Program-made: the position numbers and the translations under genes
Part shown: positions 31,129 through 40,678 of the stretch, one piece after another
Layout of the letters: every line of letters begins with the position of its first letter
Numbering within the stretch: the stretch's first letter is position 1
Assembly: GCA_047947115.1 (NCBI GenBank)
Contig: CP170459.1
Span: 1,024,001-1,088,000 of the forward strand
Length of the DNA stretch: 64,000 bases
From: Verrucomicrobiota bacterium
GTDB taxonomy: Bacteria; Verrucomicrobiota; Verrucomicrobiia; Limisphaerales; AAA164-E04
Reading direction: 5' to 3'
The notes under the pieces: generated by a model
Databases searched by the model: none
The model's input: the letters and a program-made list of their open reading frames with translations, nothing else
Told to the model about the DNA's origin: nothing

Positions 31129-33873
31129 ATGACACTCAAGAAGGCTTTCGTTCATGTCACAAAATTTGCCGCTCTGCTGCTGTGTGGGCTCACCTGCCTG
31201 TCGCTCAAGGCCGATCTGGAACAGGTCACCTCGGTCGAGGGCATCACGGAGTATCGAATGGACAACGGGATGCGCGTGCTGTTGTTTCCGGATCCTTCAC
31301 AGCCAAAATTCACGGTGAACATCACCTATTTTGTGGGATCACGTCACGAAGGGCGCGGTGAGAAAGGCATGGCGCATTTGCTGGAGCACATGCTTTTCAA
31401 GGGCACCAAAAAATACAGCAACATCATCAAACTCCTCTCCGCCCGAGGTGCCCAGTTCAACGGCACAACCTGGGTGGACCGAACCAATTACTACGAAACC
31501 CTCCCTTCCGATCAAAAAGGCAATCTGGAGTTCGCACTCGAACTCGAGGCTGAACGCATGGTCAACAGCCTGATCCAGGCCGAGGATCTGGAAACGGAAT
31601 TCACCGTGGTTCGCAACGAATTTGAACGCGGAGAAAACAACCCCATCATGATCCTTTACCAGCGCATGATGTCCATGGCCTTCGACTGGCACAACTACGG
31701 TTTCTCCACCATCGGTTCCCGCAGCGATATCGAGCGCGTACCAGCCAAGAACCTCAAGGCCTTCTACCAAACCTATTACCAACCAGACAACGCCATGCTG
31801 GTCATTGCGGGCGATTTTGAACCGGACGAAGCCCTTGAGTTGGTGGAAAAACATTTCGGCGCCATCCCCAAACCCAACCGCACCATGGACGACACCTACA
31901 CGGTCGAACCTGTCAAAGACGGCTCGCGTCACGTCGAACTCCGCCGCAATGGCGATGTCGCCGCTGCAGGGGTGCTCTACAACGTGTGCGCCGGATCGCA
32001 TGAAGATACCGTGGTGCTGGATGTCATCGCATCCATTCTCACCGAAGAGCCATCCGGACGTCTCTACAAATCCCTGGTCGAAACCGGACACGCCAGCTTC
32101 GTGTCACCGCTTTTCTTCCCGACACGCGAACCGGGCGCTTTCATCGTATTGACAGAAGTTCAGCAGGAAAAAGATCCTGAGCAGGTATTGGAGATCATGC
32201 ACAATGACATCGAGTCCTTCTTCGAGAGCGACATCACCGAAGCAGAAGTCAACCGCGCCAAAACCAGTCTTCTCAAACAAATTGAACTCGCTTTCAAAAA
32301 CAGCAATCAAATCGGCATCAGCCTCACTGAATCCGCCGCCGTGGGTGACTGGCGCCTGTTCTTCCTGTCCCGCGATCAGCTGGAACAAGTGACTGTTGAA
32401 GACGTCCAACGCGTGGCAGCCCACTACTTCAAGCGTTCCAACCGCACAACCGGACTTTTCTATCCCACCAAAGAAACGGATCGAGCCATCATACCCGAAA
32501 CACCCAAGGTGGCGGAACTGGTCAAAGGTTACAAAGGCCGCGCAGCCATCGCCGAAGGGGAAGACTTCGAGGCCACACCCGACAACATCGAAAACCGCGT
32601 CCGTCGTGAAACTTTGACCCAGGGCATCAAACTCGCACTCCTCTCAAAGGAAACCCGGGGCGACAGCGTTACCGGCACGCTTAACTTTTACATGGGTACC
32701 CCGGACACATTGAACGACCCGGCATCCCTGATCGTAGCAGACACGGTCCCCGACCTGATCATGCGTGGTTCCCAAAGTTATTCCTTCCAGGACATCAAAG
32801 ACAGATTGGACGCGCTCAAGGCCAATGTCTCCATGAGCGCCGGGGAACACGGCAGTTCGTTGTCGGTTCGTTTCCAGACCGATCATGATCACCTGGTGGA
32901 ACTGATCCGTTTCATCGGCGAAATTCTCCGCACCCCTCTTTTCCCGGAAGAAGAATTCAACGTGCTCAAGCAACAAGAACTCACCTCCTTGCAAGGCATG
33001 TTGTCGGATCCTCAATCCCTGATCTACCGACGACTCCGTCAGCGACTCAATCCCTATCCGGAAACCTCCATCCACCATGTGCCGGATACGGAAGCACTGA
33101 TAGAGCGTGTCGAAGCCCTGACATTGGAGGATGTGAAAGCGTTTTATAAACGCAACTACGGGACCGGCCACGCCCATTTCAGCATTGTAGGCGACATGGA
33201 TGAAGCAGCCGTGATCAAAGTGCTCAAATCGGCCTTCGCCCATTGGAATCCAAACTCCCCCTTTGAGCGCATCACAAAAGCGCGCCTGCCTTTGACGCTC
33301 ACCGATGAAGTCATTGACACACCGGACAAGAAAATGGCTGTGGTTGCGGCAGGTGCCAGTTTGGCAATGGATGACACCGATGAACGTTATCCGGCCTTGT
33401 TGTTGGCGAATTACGTGCTGGGTGGATTTGCAGAGTCCCGACTGTTCAACCGGCTCCGCCAACAAGAAGGTCTTTCTTACGGTGCCTACTCCGGATTCAG
33501 CGCACGTCCCCTCGACAAAATTGCGGCGCTATCCGTCATGGCCATCTGTGCTCCCGAAAATGCGGAGAAAGCTCAAGCGGTCATGCACGAAGAGATCGAC
33601 CGGTGGCTGACAGAGCCCATCCCCGATGAAGAACTCGCCGCCGCCAAACAAAGTTGGGAAACCTCTCAAAAGAACAGCCTTGCCAGTGACCCGGTCGTCG
33701 CCGGCGAACTCGCCAACGGCCTCTACCTGGGCCGAACCATGCTCTTCGATAAACACATCAACGACCGCATGCAGATCCTCAGCTCCGATGACATTCTGAA
33801 AGCCCTGCAATCGGCCTTCAAAAAAGACGGCTTCGTCCGAATCAAAGCCGGTGACCTGAGTAACAAAGAATAG
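31129..33873 (+). CDS. M16 (pitrilysin/PqqL-like) zinc protease, secreted
   Basis: Signal peptide, GMAHLLEHMLFKGT (HxxEH), second half with RQQEGLSYG. Confidence 0.93.
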   Translation: MTLKKAFVHVTKFAALLLCGLTCLSLKADLEQVTSVEGITEYRMDNGMRVLLFPDPSQPKFTVNITYFVGSRHEGRGEKGMAHLLEHMLFKGTKKYSNIIKLLSARGAQFNGTTWVDRTNYYETLPSDQKGNLEFALELEAERMVNSLIQAEDLETEFTVVRNEFERGENNPIMILYQRMMSMAFDWHNYGFSTIGSRSDIERVPAKNLKAFYQTYYQPDNAMLVIAGDFEPDEALELVEKHFGAIPKPNRTMDDTYTVEPVKDGSRHVELRRNGDVAAAGVLYNVCAGSHEDTVVLDVIASILTEEPSGRLYKSLVETGHASFVSPLFFPTREPGAFIVLTEVQQEKDPEQVLEIMHNDIESFFESDITEAEVNRAKTSLLKQIELAFKNSNQIGISLTESAAVGDWRLFFLSRDQLEQVTVEDVQRVAAHYFKRSNRTTGLFYPTKETDRAIIPETPKVAELVKGYKGRAAIAEGEDFEATPDNIENRVRRETLTQGIKLALLSKETRGDSVTGTLNFYMGTPDTLNDPASLIVADTVPDLIMRGSQSYSFQDIKDRLDALKANVSMSAGEHGSSLSVRFQTDHDHLVELIRFIGEILRTPLFPEEEFNVLKQQELTSLQGMLSDPQSLIYRRLRQRLNPYPETSIHHVPDTEALIERVEALTLEDVKAFYKRNYGTGHAHFSIVGDMDEAAVIKVLKSAFAHWNPNSPFERITKARLPLTLTDEVIDTPDKKMAVVAAGASLAMDDTDERYPALLLANYVLGGFAESRLFNRLRQQEGLSYGAYSGFSARPLDKIAALSVMAICAPENAEKAQAVMHEEIDRWLTEPIPDEELAAAKQSWETSQKNSLASDPVVAGELANGLYLGRTMLFDKHINDRMQILSSDDILKALQSAFKKDGFVRIKAGDLSNKE

Positions 33874-34027
33874 ATTATCGCAGAAGAGGTAGATCGTATC
33901 GTCCCGATGCGCCCCCTTATGGCATCCAAACCCATACACGCCATTCAAAGGGGAGCCATCGGCATACAATAATCCAAAACCCCGCGCCTCAAGTTCCGAT
34001 TCATCGGATCGGTCGTGAAAATGAAAC

Positions 34028-35014
34028 TCACTGTTTGAGCTCGAACATCTCCGTCTCACCAAACCGGTTCCATTCCACATCAATGGCCGGAGGCGACAAC
34101 AATTCGGAGTGTACGTAAAGCCCATACCGTAATCGAAGGCCCTCACCCTCGTTCAAAACACGATCGCCATCAAACGTCAAACAAGCCCCCATCCAGCCGT
34201 CATTGCGCACATGGAACACAGTGGGATGATTCGGGTTGTCGGGATGATCCATCAAGGTGATCCCTTCCACCACACCGTCGGCAATCTGTCCCGAATAGTC
34301 CACCCAACGCGCCGGCTTCCAAAACACTTCTTTTTCATCGATCAATCCATCCGCGTTCATGATCCGACCGCCACCGTCATGCACACCGATGCTTTTCGCC
34401 ATGCGCACACCGATCAGGCCAAACGGCGTTTTGCCCAGGACAACCTTTGACTGTGCTGCCACCAATTGAACATCGATGATCATCATGTATTGGCCAGCTT
34501 CGCGTGGTTCGACAGAAATGCGTCGGGATTCCTTCAACAAGGTCTTACCATCGGAATCCTTCCACAAACTTGAACACACCACCGCCGCATGCGAATCGGC
34601 ATCCTCCAAAATTTCGATACGTTGGTGCTGGATAGTTCCCTTACCGGTCCCATGATCTCCCCAGAAATCAACGCCGTTGACCTGATGATGCGAGATCCAG
34701 ACACTGTTATGATGGCTGTGTGTCACCGGATCATGCGGATGCCCCATGCGTGTGAGTGAACGCCCCGATGGACCATTCACCGGGTAGACAAACGGTCTGC
34801 GTAGATCGCTCCCAAAGTGAAACCGAATACGTTCCTGCCCCTCTTGTTGAATCGACACCTGGTCATGAGGCAAAGGAAGAGCCTGCATGGAAGGAACCGG
34901 GTTTGGGCGAAAGCCCTCTGGCAGTTCCTGAGCAATAGTAACAAAGCCCATCACAAGGCCCAAAAGCAAACAACTGCAATGAACCCCACGAAAATAAGAC
35001 AAATGGATCAACAT
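34028..35014 (-). CDS. DUF6807 ('PmoA-family') secreted protein
   Basis: RPFVYPV, HPHD..HSHH.SVW, NGVDFW, ARWVDYSG, DHPDNP..PT.FHVR. Confidence 0.8.
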   Translation of the reverse strand: MLIHLSYFRGVHCSCLLLGLVMGFVTIAQELPEGFRPNPVPSMQALPLPHDQVSIQQEGQERIRFHFGSDLRRPFVYPVNGPSGRSLTRMGHPHDPVTHSHHNSVWISHHQVNGVDFWGDHGTGKGTIQHQRIEILEDADSHAAVVCSSLWKDSDGKTLLKESRRISVEPREAGQYMMIIDVQLVAAQSKVVLGKTPFGLIGVRMAKSIGVHDGGGRIMNADGLIDEKEVFWKPARWVDYSGQIADGVVEGITLMDHPDNPNHPTVFHVRNDGWMGACLTFDGDRVLNEGEGLRLRYGLYVHSELLSPPAIDVEWNRFGETEMFELKQ

Positions 35015-35070
35015 AATGGCAATCTAACGACCAACCATCATTCAAACAATACCTTAGAAACAATGACACC

Positions 35071-35245
35071 GGAGGGACGAGTTCCACCTCGATCCCATAC
35101 TTCTTCCTCACCAATGCACCTGACCAATTGACGTGGAATGCGGGTAGTCATTGGTTTCCGTCTGTCTACAGCCTTTCCATTGCAGCCTGATCGCTATTCG
35201 GTCGATTCCAGGTTTGAAGTGGGTCAAGGCGGAGCTTGCCCCTCC
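35071..35245 (+). repeat. About 175-bp REPIN/MITE-like element, copy 3
   Basis: GGAGGGACGAGTTCCACCTCGA...TTTCCATTGCAGCC...AGGTTTGAAGTGGGT...GCTTGCCCCTCC. Confidence 0.8.
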
Positions 35246-35326
35246 CGATAGGGTTTGCTATTTTGCAAATTTAATACTTTACAAGGCCTATAAACCATTT
35301 TATTTAACTTTTTAGTTAATTTATGG

Positions 35327-36628
35327 ATGCTTATGTCTTGTTTTTCAAAAGTTTTTTTGCAAATTGCACCGGAAGTTTCGGGTTCCGACCTGGCTGAGCT
35401 TCTAGGCAAATCGAAACCTTACATCGCACAGATCCGTACCGGAAAACGTATTCCTACCGATGAAGACGTCATTCTGTTGAGCCATCGCTTTGCTCCCAAC
35501 CGGCTTGAGGAATTGCTTCTAAGCGCTTATCTGGACCGTTTGACCGGCAAATCGTTCGATGATGCATCCTTGAAATCCAAGGGAGAGGCCACACTGAAAA
35601 AGCTGCTCACTCAGTTCCGTCCTGATAAGAAATTACCAGGCAAAAGAACACTGCGCGATTTTCCCGAACAATTCTCCCCCCTGGCGATCATCACCGGAGA
35701 CAAACGCGAAGTGCGGGGCCGACACATCGGCGCAGGAGATTTCGGCGTCCACATGACCACCACTGCAGACAGCAGATGGATCATGAGCCTCGGCCTGGAC
35801 AAAGATACGGTTCACTATATCGACAAGGATTTCGTCCTGTTGAGTGAGGAAGAACTTATCCATAGATTCTCGCATAGAAACCTCCTTGTCATCGGCAGCC
35901 CTGCAGTGAACCACCTCGCCAGACGCATAAACCGATCTTCGATTTTTCGATTTAATATCAACAGCGATGTGGATGAAGGTTTGGAGGAAATCATCCAACA
36001 GGCCAAGGAAAAATCGAAATCAAAAGATGAACTGGCCTTGTTTTATCAGGACTCGTCCGAAGACCTCACCAAACTGATGCGCTATCTGTTTGTCGGGGGA
36101 CTTTTTGACCCAACTTACCCTAAAGGCGACTACGTGACATCAACCTATCACAAAATGCCGGGCAACACGGACCTGGACTTCGGCGTTCTCTCATTCGCTT
36201 CCAATCCATTTTATGCCGCGAAATGTGCCGCCGAAGGTCGTCCCAACGATCATCAATTCGTGTCCATTTTTGCAGCAGGCATTCATCACCCGGCGACGGC
36301 TCACGCAATTCGCCAGCTGGGCAGTTATGGCAAAGAGAACGGGGTATTTGATCAGCACCCGTACGGAGGTGTCTTTCGTGTGGAACTGGATCTTGAACAG
36401 ACCTTTTTTTCGGACCGGGTGCGGGACGGGGTGTTCCAATGGGAAGACGACGCAGACGACCAACGCACGCCCATTGAAGACCAGGGGCAATGTTTGCTGT
36501 CCGAACTGGAATACATCGAAAACGAACGTCGATTGGAAAACCTCAACACTCTTCAACTCAAACCAGAGCACGCACTTGAAGCGCGACGGTTGGTGCAGTC
36601 CTTGATCAAAGCAGGAGGGACCCAATGA
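35327..36628 (+). CDS. XRE-like HTH protein with a large uncharacterised C-terminal domain
   Basis: SDLAELLGKSKPYIAQIRTGKRIP HTH; NLLVIGSPAVN, DFGVLSFASNPF and AGIHHPAT blocks; ATGA overlap with the next gene. Confidence 0.75.
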   Translation: MLMSCFSKVFLQIAPEVSGSDLAELLGKSKPYIAQIRTGKRIPTDEDVILLSHRFAPNRLEELLLSAYLDRLTGKSFDDASLKSKGEATLKKLLTQFRPDKKLPGKRTLRDFPEQFSPLAIITGDKREVRGRHIGAGDFGVHMTTTADSRWIMSLGLDKDTVHYIDKDFVLLSEEELIHRFSHRNLLVIGSPAVNHLARRINRSSIFRFNINSDVDEGLEEIIQQAKEKSKSKDELALFYQDSSEDLTKLMRYLFVGGLFDPTYPKGDYVTSTYHKMPGNTDLDFGVLSFASNPFYAAKCAAEGRPNDHQFVSIFAAGIHHPATAHAIRQLGSYGKENGVFDQHPYGGVFRVELDLEQTFFSDRVRDGVFQWEDDADDQRTPIEDQGQCLLSELEYIENERRLENLNTLQLKPEHALEARRLVQSLIKAGGTQ

Positions 36629-37656
36629 GAAAACGCCACATCAAGACATTTGCTTACCCCCGTGTGGGATTGGTTGGAAACCCGAGTGACGGATACTTTG
36701 GCCGAACCATTGCGTTCACTTTTAAAAATTTTAAAGCCGAGATCCTTTTGGGTGAGGACTCCACCCGCATCAGTTTCGTCAATCGTGAATCCGAGTTCGA
36801 TTCGGTGGAACACCTTTGCGACAATATCCAAATGCATGGCTATTACGGTGGCATTCGACTGCTCAAAGCGACCATCAAGCGGTTCCGGGATCATTGTTGC
36901 GATGAAGGATTGAAGGTGGATTTGGAGAAAAAGTTCAAGATCACCTACACCTCCAACATTCCCCAACAGGTAGGACTTGCCGGCTCCAGTGCCATCATCA
37001 CGGCCACCTTTCGGGCTCTGATGGAGTTTTATGAGGTGCAGATTGACAACACGATTCTGCCGAACTTAATCCGCGAGGTGGAAACACGTGAGTTGAAAAT
37101 TCCCGCCGGACTGCAGGATCGGGTCGTTCAAGTCTACAACGATCTGGTCTTCATGGATTTCAATCAGGAAAAAATGGACCGGGATGGATATGGTTTTTAT
37201 GAGCCCATTCAGGTCAAGACCATGCCCCGATTTTACATCGCTTACCGAGCTGATTTGTCGGAAGGCACGGAGGTTTCCCACAACAGGCTGCGTTACAAAT
37301 ACGATGAAGGCGACAAAGATGCTCACGACGCCATGAAGTTTTGGGCGGAGTTGACACTGACCGCGAAAAAGGCTTTGGAAGAAGACGATCAGGACACACT
37401 GTTCCAGTGTATCAATGCAAACTTCGACAAACGCAAAGAGCTCTACGAAAAACTCAAAGTCCACATGAAAGCGGAGCATCTTGAGATGGTTCAATGCGCC
37501 CGAGAAATGGGAGCCAGTGCCAAATTCGCAGGATCTGGCGGAGCCATTGTGGGCACCTATCGGAAGGAATCAGACTATCCGAAATTGAAAAAATACCTGG
37601 GCAGCAAAGGCATTCAGGTCATCAAACCCCGGTTCATCGAAGAAGAATTGTTATGA
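36625..37656 (+). CDS. GHMP kinase, glucuronokinase-like
   Basis: RVGLVGNPSDGYFGRTI, GYYGGIRLL, NIPQQVGLAGSSA, AGLQDRVVQVY, AKFAGSGGA closely match motifs recalled for plant glucuronokinase. Confidence 0.85.
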   Translation: MRKRHIKTFAYPRVGLVGNPSDGYFGRTIAFTFKNFKAEILLGEDSTRISFVNRESEFDSVEHLCDNIQMHGYYGGIRLLKATIKRFRDHCCDEGLKVDLEKKFKITYTSNIPQQVGLAGSSAIITATFRALMEFYEVQIDNTILPNLIREVETRELKIPAGLQDRVVQVYNDLVFMDFNQEKMDRDGYGFYEPIQVKTMPRFYIAYRADLSEGTEVSHNRLRYKYDEGDKDAHDAMKFWAELTLTAKKALEEDDQDTLFQCINANFDKRKELYEKLKVHMKAEHLEMVQCAREMGASAKFAGSGGAIVGTYRKESDYPKLKKYLGSKGIQVIKPRFIEEELL

Positions 37657-38534
37657 TCAAGAAAGCTGTCATTCCGGCCGCAGGATACGGTACGCGATTT
37701 TTACCCGCTTCCAAGTCGGTTCCCAAAGAAATGATCCCGGTGGTGGACAAGCCTACCATTCAATATGTCGTGGAGGAAGCCGTCGAAGCAGGTATCGAAG
37801 AAATCCTGATCGTTGTCAGCAATGGCAAAGACGCCATCAAACAGCACTTTTCCCCCAATGTTGAATTGGAAGCTCTCTTGGAAAAGAAGGGCAAAACGAA
37901 GGAATTGGAAGCCATGCAATCACTTTCCAAACTGGCAAAAATTCAATACGTCCACCAGTTGGAAATGAGGGGACTGGGCGATGCCGTGCGGTATGCGAAG
38001 GATTTTGCGGGCAAGGATCCGGTTGCTGTTTTGCTGGGTGACACCATTTTACGGTCTCACCGAGAGCAATCGGTCTTGAGATCAATGGTGGACATTTACG
38101 ACCAACATGGAGGATCGGTCATTGCCTTGAGAGAAATGCCAAGGTCCGTGATCAGCCGATATGGCGTCGTGGCATGTGAGCCAACAACGGAGGAAGGAGT
38201 GGTGCGCATCACTGGGTTGGTGGAAAAACCGGCTCCGGAAAAGGTCCCCAGCCTGCTGGCAGTCTCGGCTCGTTACATCATCACTCCCCGCATTTTCAAG
38301 TTCCTGGAGAATACTCAACCGGGATTTGGCGGAGAAATACAAATCACCGATGCTCTCAATGCCGTCGCTCAACTGGAACCCATGTCCGGATTTCAATACG
38401 ATGGCATCCGACTTGATATCGGAAATAAACTGGAGTTTATCAAAAGCAATCTGTTGCTCGGCCTCGAACGCCCCGACATGAAGGATGACCTCATGCAGTT
38501 TATCGTCGGATTAAATAAATCCGGCACTTGCTGA
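37653..38534 (+). CDS. galU: UTP--sugar-1-phosphate uridylyltransferase (GalU family)
   Basis: KAVIPAAGYGTRFLPASK..PKEM.P.VDKP, GLGDAV, VEKP, GEIQITDAL. Confidence 0.92.
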   Translation: MIKKAVIPAAGYGTRFLPASKSVPKEMIPVVDKPTIQYVVEEAVEAGIEEILIVVSNGKDAIKQHFSPNVELEALLEKKGKTKELEAMQSLSKLAKIQYVHQLEMRGLGDAVRYAKDFAGKDPVAVLLGDTILRSHREQSVLRSMVDIYDQHGGSVIALREMPRSVISRYGVVACEPTTEEGVVRITGLVEKPAPEKVPSLLAVSARYIITPRIFKFLENTQPGFGGEIQITDALNAVAQLEPMSGFQYDGIRLDIGNKLEFIKSNLLLGLERPDMKDDLMQFIVGLNKSGTC

Positions 38535-39008
38535 TTTTGTGATAGTTAAAAATATCCATAGTCTATTTATTTGAAATATATACAAATTATAATATTTATA
38601 GAATATATTTTTATGCAAAAAATATCATAATCGTGCTCCAACCAATTGATTTCATTTACCTTCCACATAATGATCACAAGCACTTGAAACGCTGAAAATC
38701 TATCTTAAAATCGAATTGACAACACGCACAAGACATTAAACAATGCCTTTATTCGTGCGTGTCACTTTCAGGAAAGTTCGAAGAATACATTTTATGGACA
38801 GCAATCGCCATCAACAGCAAAAGAGACTCGCGAATTACAGTAAACCCTGTCTACAGTGTATTGGTAATTTGGGAGATTTAACGTCCGGAGGCAGCGGTAA
38901 AAAAAGAGAAACCGTCAAAAGCACGTCGAAGAAAAAGAGGCAAAGAACCTGATCACCACTTGTTTGCTGCTCCATCGACCGGCTTCCGATCCCGGATCCC
39001 GATCGGAC

Positions 39009-39257
39009 TTAAGTTTTTCTTGCTCTCCACCCCAACAAAACGACCGGAGTGATCGTCACCCCCGCCAACCACGCCCAAAGCGGCAAAAGACTGGGAGGAT
39101 CAGAGTACATGGCTGCCCATAAAGCCAACCCAACCGCAACGACCGAGGAAATCACCAATAATAATCCCACGAAGCTGGATCGACGCAAAATGGCGATCCA
39201 TCCGCTTAAAACCATCATCCCGCTTAGGATGAACATGATTTTAAATGCGATTTGCAT
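39009..39257 (-). CDS. Small membrane protein
   Basis: 82-aa ORF with three hydrophobic segments. Confidence 0.55.
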   Translation of the reverse strand: MQIAFKIMFILSGMMVLSGWIAILRRSSFVGLLLVISSVVAVGLALWAAMYSDPPSLLPLWAWLAGVTITPVVLLGWRARKT

Positions 39258-39354
39258 CTAGGGGAAACCTATCCTCCTACCGGGATCATTTCATGCTTTC
39301 AAATTCGGATAATGTCCAAAAGGTCCTACCTTGGAATATGCAGATGAAATTTAG

Positions 39355-40560
39355 TTAGTGAACCGGTGTCCATAGGATCTGTTCCAATAATTCTCTGGCT
39401 TTGACTAGGCACAACGGATCTCCGTCCCTTGCCAGTTTTTCGACTACTTTCAATTGAAGAGCCGTTGCCCGTACTTTACACCTCTGTAAATACGACAATG
39501 CAGAGAAGGCCACTTCCTGACTGCAGGATGATATCAATTCAAACAAGGTGTTTTGGATTTCTGAAGAGATTTCCTGATCGTAGGATAAAAACTGAACAGC
39601 CAACATCTGTATGCTTGGTGACGAATCCCCAGCCGCCATAAAAAAATAGGAAGAACCATCCTTCCAATTTTCATTGCCCTTTCTTGAACGCAACAAACCG
39701 AGATAAGCACTCTCACGAGTGATGTCATCCTCAACTTTCAGAAACTTAATGATCGTGGACTGGAATTGTTGAGTATTGATCACGGTCCCACGCATAAAGC
39801 GCAGAGCAATCTCAGAAAGATCGGGATGTTCCTTTTCAAACAACATGAAAAAAAAGGAATCAGAAAGTCCAAACATCAGAAATGAAAGTAATTCAGACTC
39901 CGGACTCACAGCTCCGGCAACCATGGGGGATGAGGAGGACAAAAGTGAATAGACAGGGATGGTCTTTAACGATTTGATCAGATCCAAATCCGATTCTATC
40001 AGCTTTTCCAGAAAAAAGCCGAACCGAGGCTCCTGCCAATGAAGGCCTGCCAAGACGAGAAAAGCTTGCCGGCGAATGCTCATACTGTTCCCATTATCCA
40101 GAATCGTCTGGGAAATGGATTCCCATGTCTGCTGATTGGAGATTTTCAGATGGAACAGAGATCGAAGAGCTGTATGCCGCATCCGTTGATCGGAATCGCC
40201 CAATTTCTCAAGCACCAGCGGAAAAGCTTTCTCCCCATGACCCGCCAATGAAGAACATGCAGCCAATCGAATCTGATCCGCCGGAGGAGAGGGAGCCCAG
40301 TGGGGAACCCTGGACTGAATTCCAACCGGCAATTTTGCCCAAATGCCCCGCCAGGTACTTATCAATATCGCATCACGTTGGTTGATCCGAACCGCAAGCT
40401 CCTCAAATGTGGGTTTTTCCTTGTTTCGGGGAATACTCAACCTCTTAAGATACCCATCCCCCAAGAACAGCAAAGAAACAAGCACAACCACCAAGTAAAT
40501 CCACTTGCGCTTGATCAATCCTTTTTGCCACGCAGGCATATGGTGATTTTGTGGGACCAT
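39355..40560 (-). CDS. Membrane-anchored HEAT-repeat protein
   Basis: N-terminal TM helix; L.D....R..A...L-type repeats. Confidence 0.65.
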   Translation of the reverse strand: MVPQNHHMPAWQKGLIKRKWIYLVVVLVSLLFLGDGYLKRLSIPRNKEKPTFEELAVRINQRDAILISTWRGIWAKLPVGIQSRVPHWAPSPPADQIRLAACSSLAGHGEKAFPLVLEKLGDSDQRMRHTALRSLFHLKISNQQTWESISQTILDNGNSMSIRRQAFLVLAGLHWQEPRFGFFLEKLIESDLDLIKSLKTIPVYSLLSSSSPMVAGAVSPESELLSFLMFGLSDSFFFMLFEKEHPDLSEIALRFMRGTVINTQQFQSTIIKFLKVEDDITRESAYLGLLRSRKGNENWKDGSSYFFMAAGDSSPSIQMLAVQFLSYDQEISSEIQNTLFELISSCSQEVAFSALSYLQRCKVRATALQLKVVEKLARDGDPLCLVKARELLEQILWTPVH

Positions 40561-40678
40561 GTGTTCACTTCTTTTATTGCATGATGTTCTCGAAATCAAT
40601 CAGTTAGAACACGGGACACTATGTCGTGTTCAAATTTCCTGACTCGACACGAGGCGTGCTTCGTGGCAACTAGTGGGG

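Noticed and set aside
34028..35014. Particulate methane monooxygenase subunit
   Set aside because: The family label 'PmoA' is misleading: this is a soluble secreted protein without the multiple TM helices of true PmoA, and no pmoB or pmoC is nearby
37494..37652. N-terminal extension of GalU
   Set aside because: Overlaps the kinase; the family start MIKKAVIPAAG at 37653 gives an ATGA coupling
38743..38952. 69-aa ORF after galU as a fourth operon gene
   Set aside because: Separated by about 200 bp of AT-rich DNA, no recognisable features
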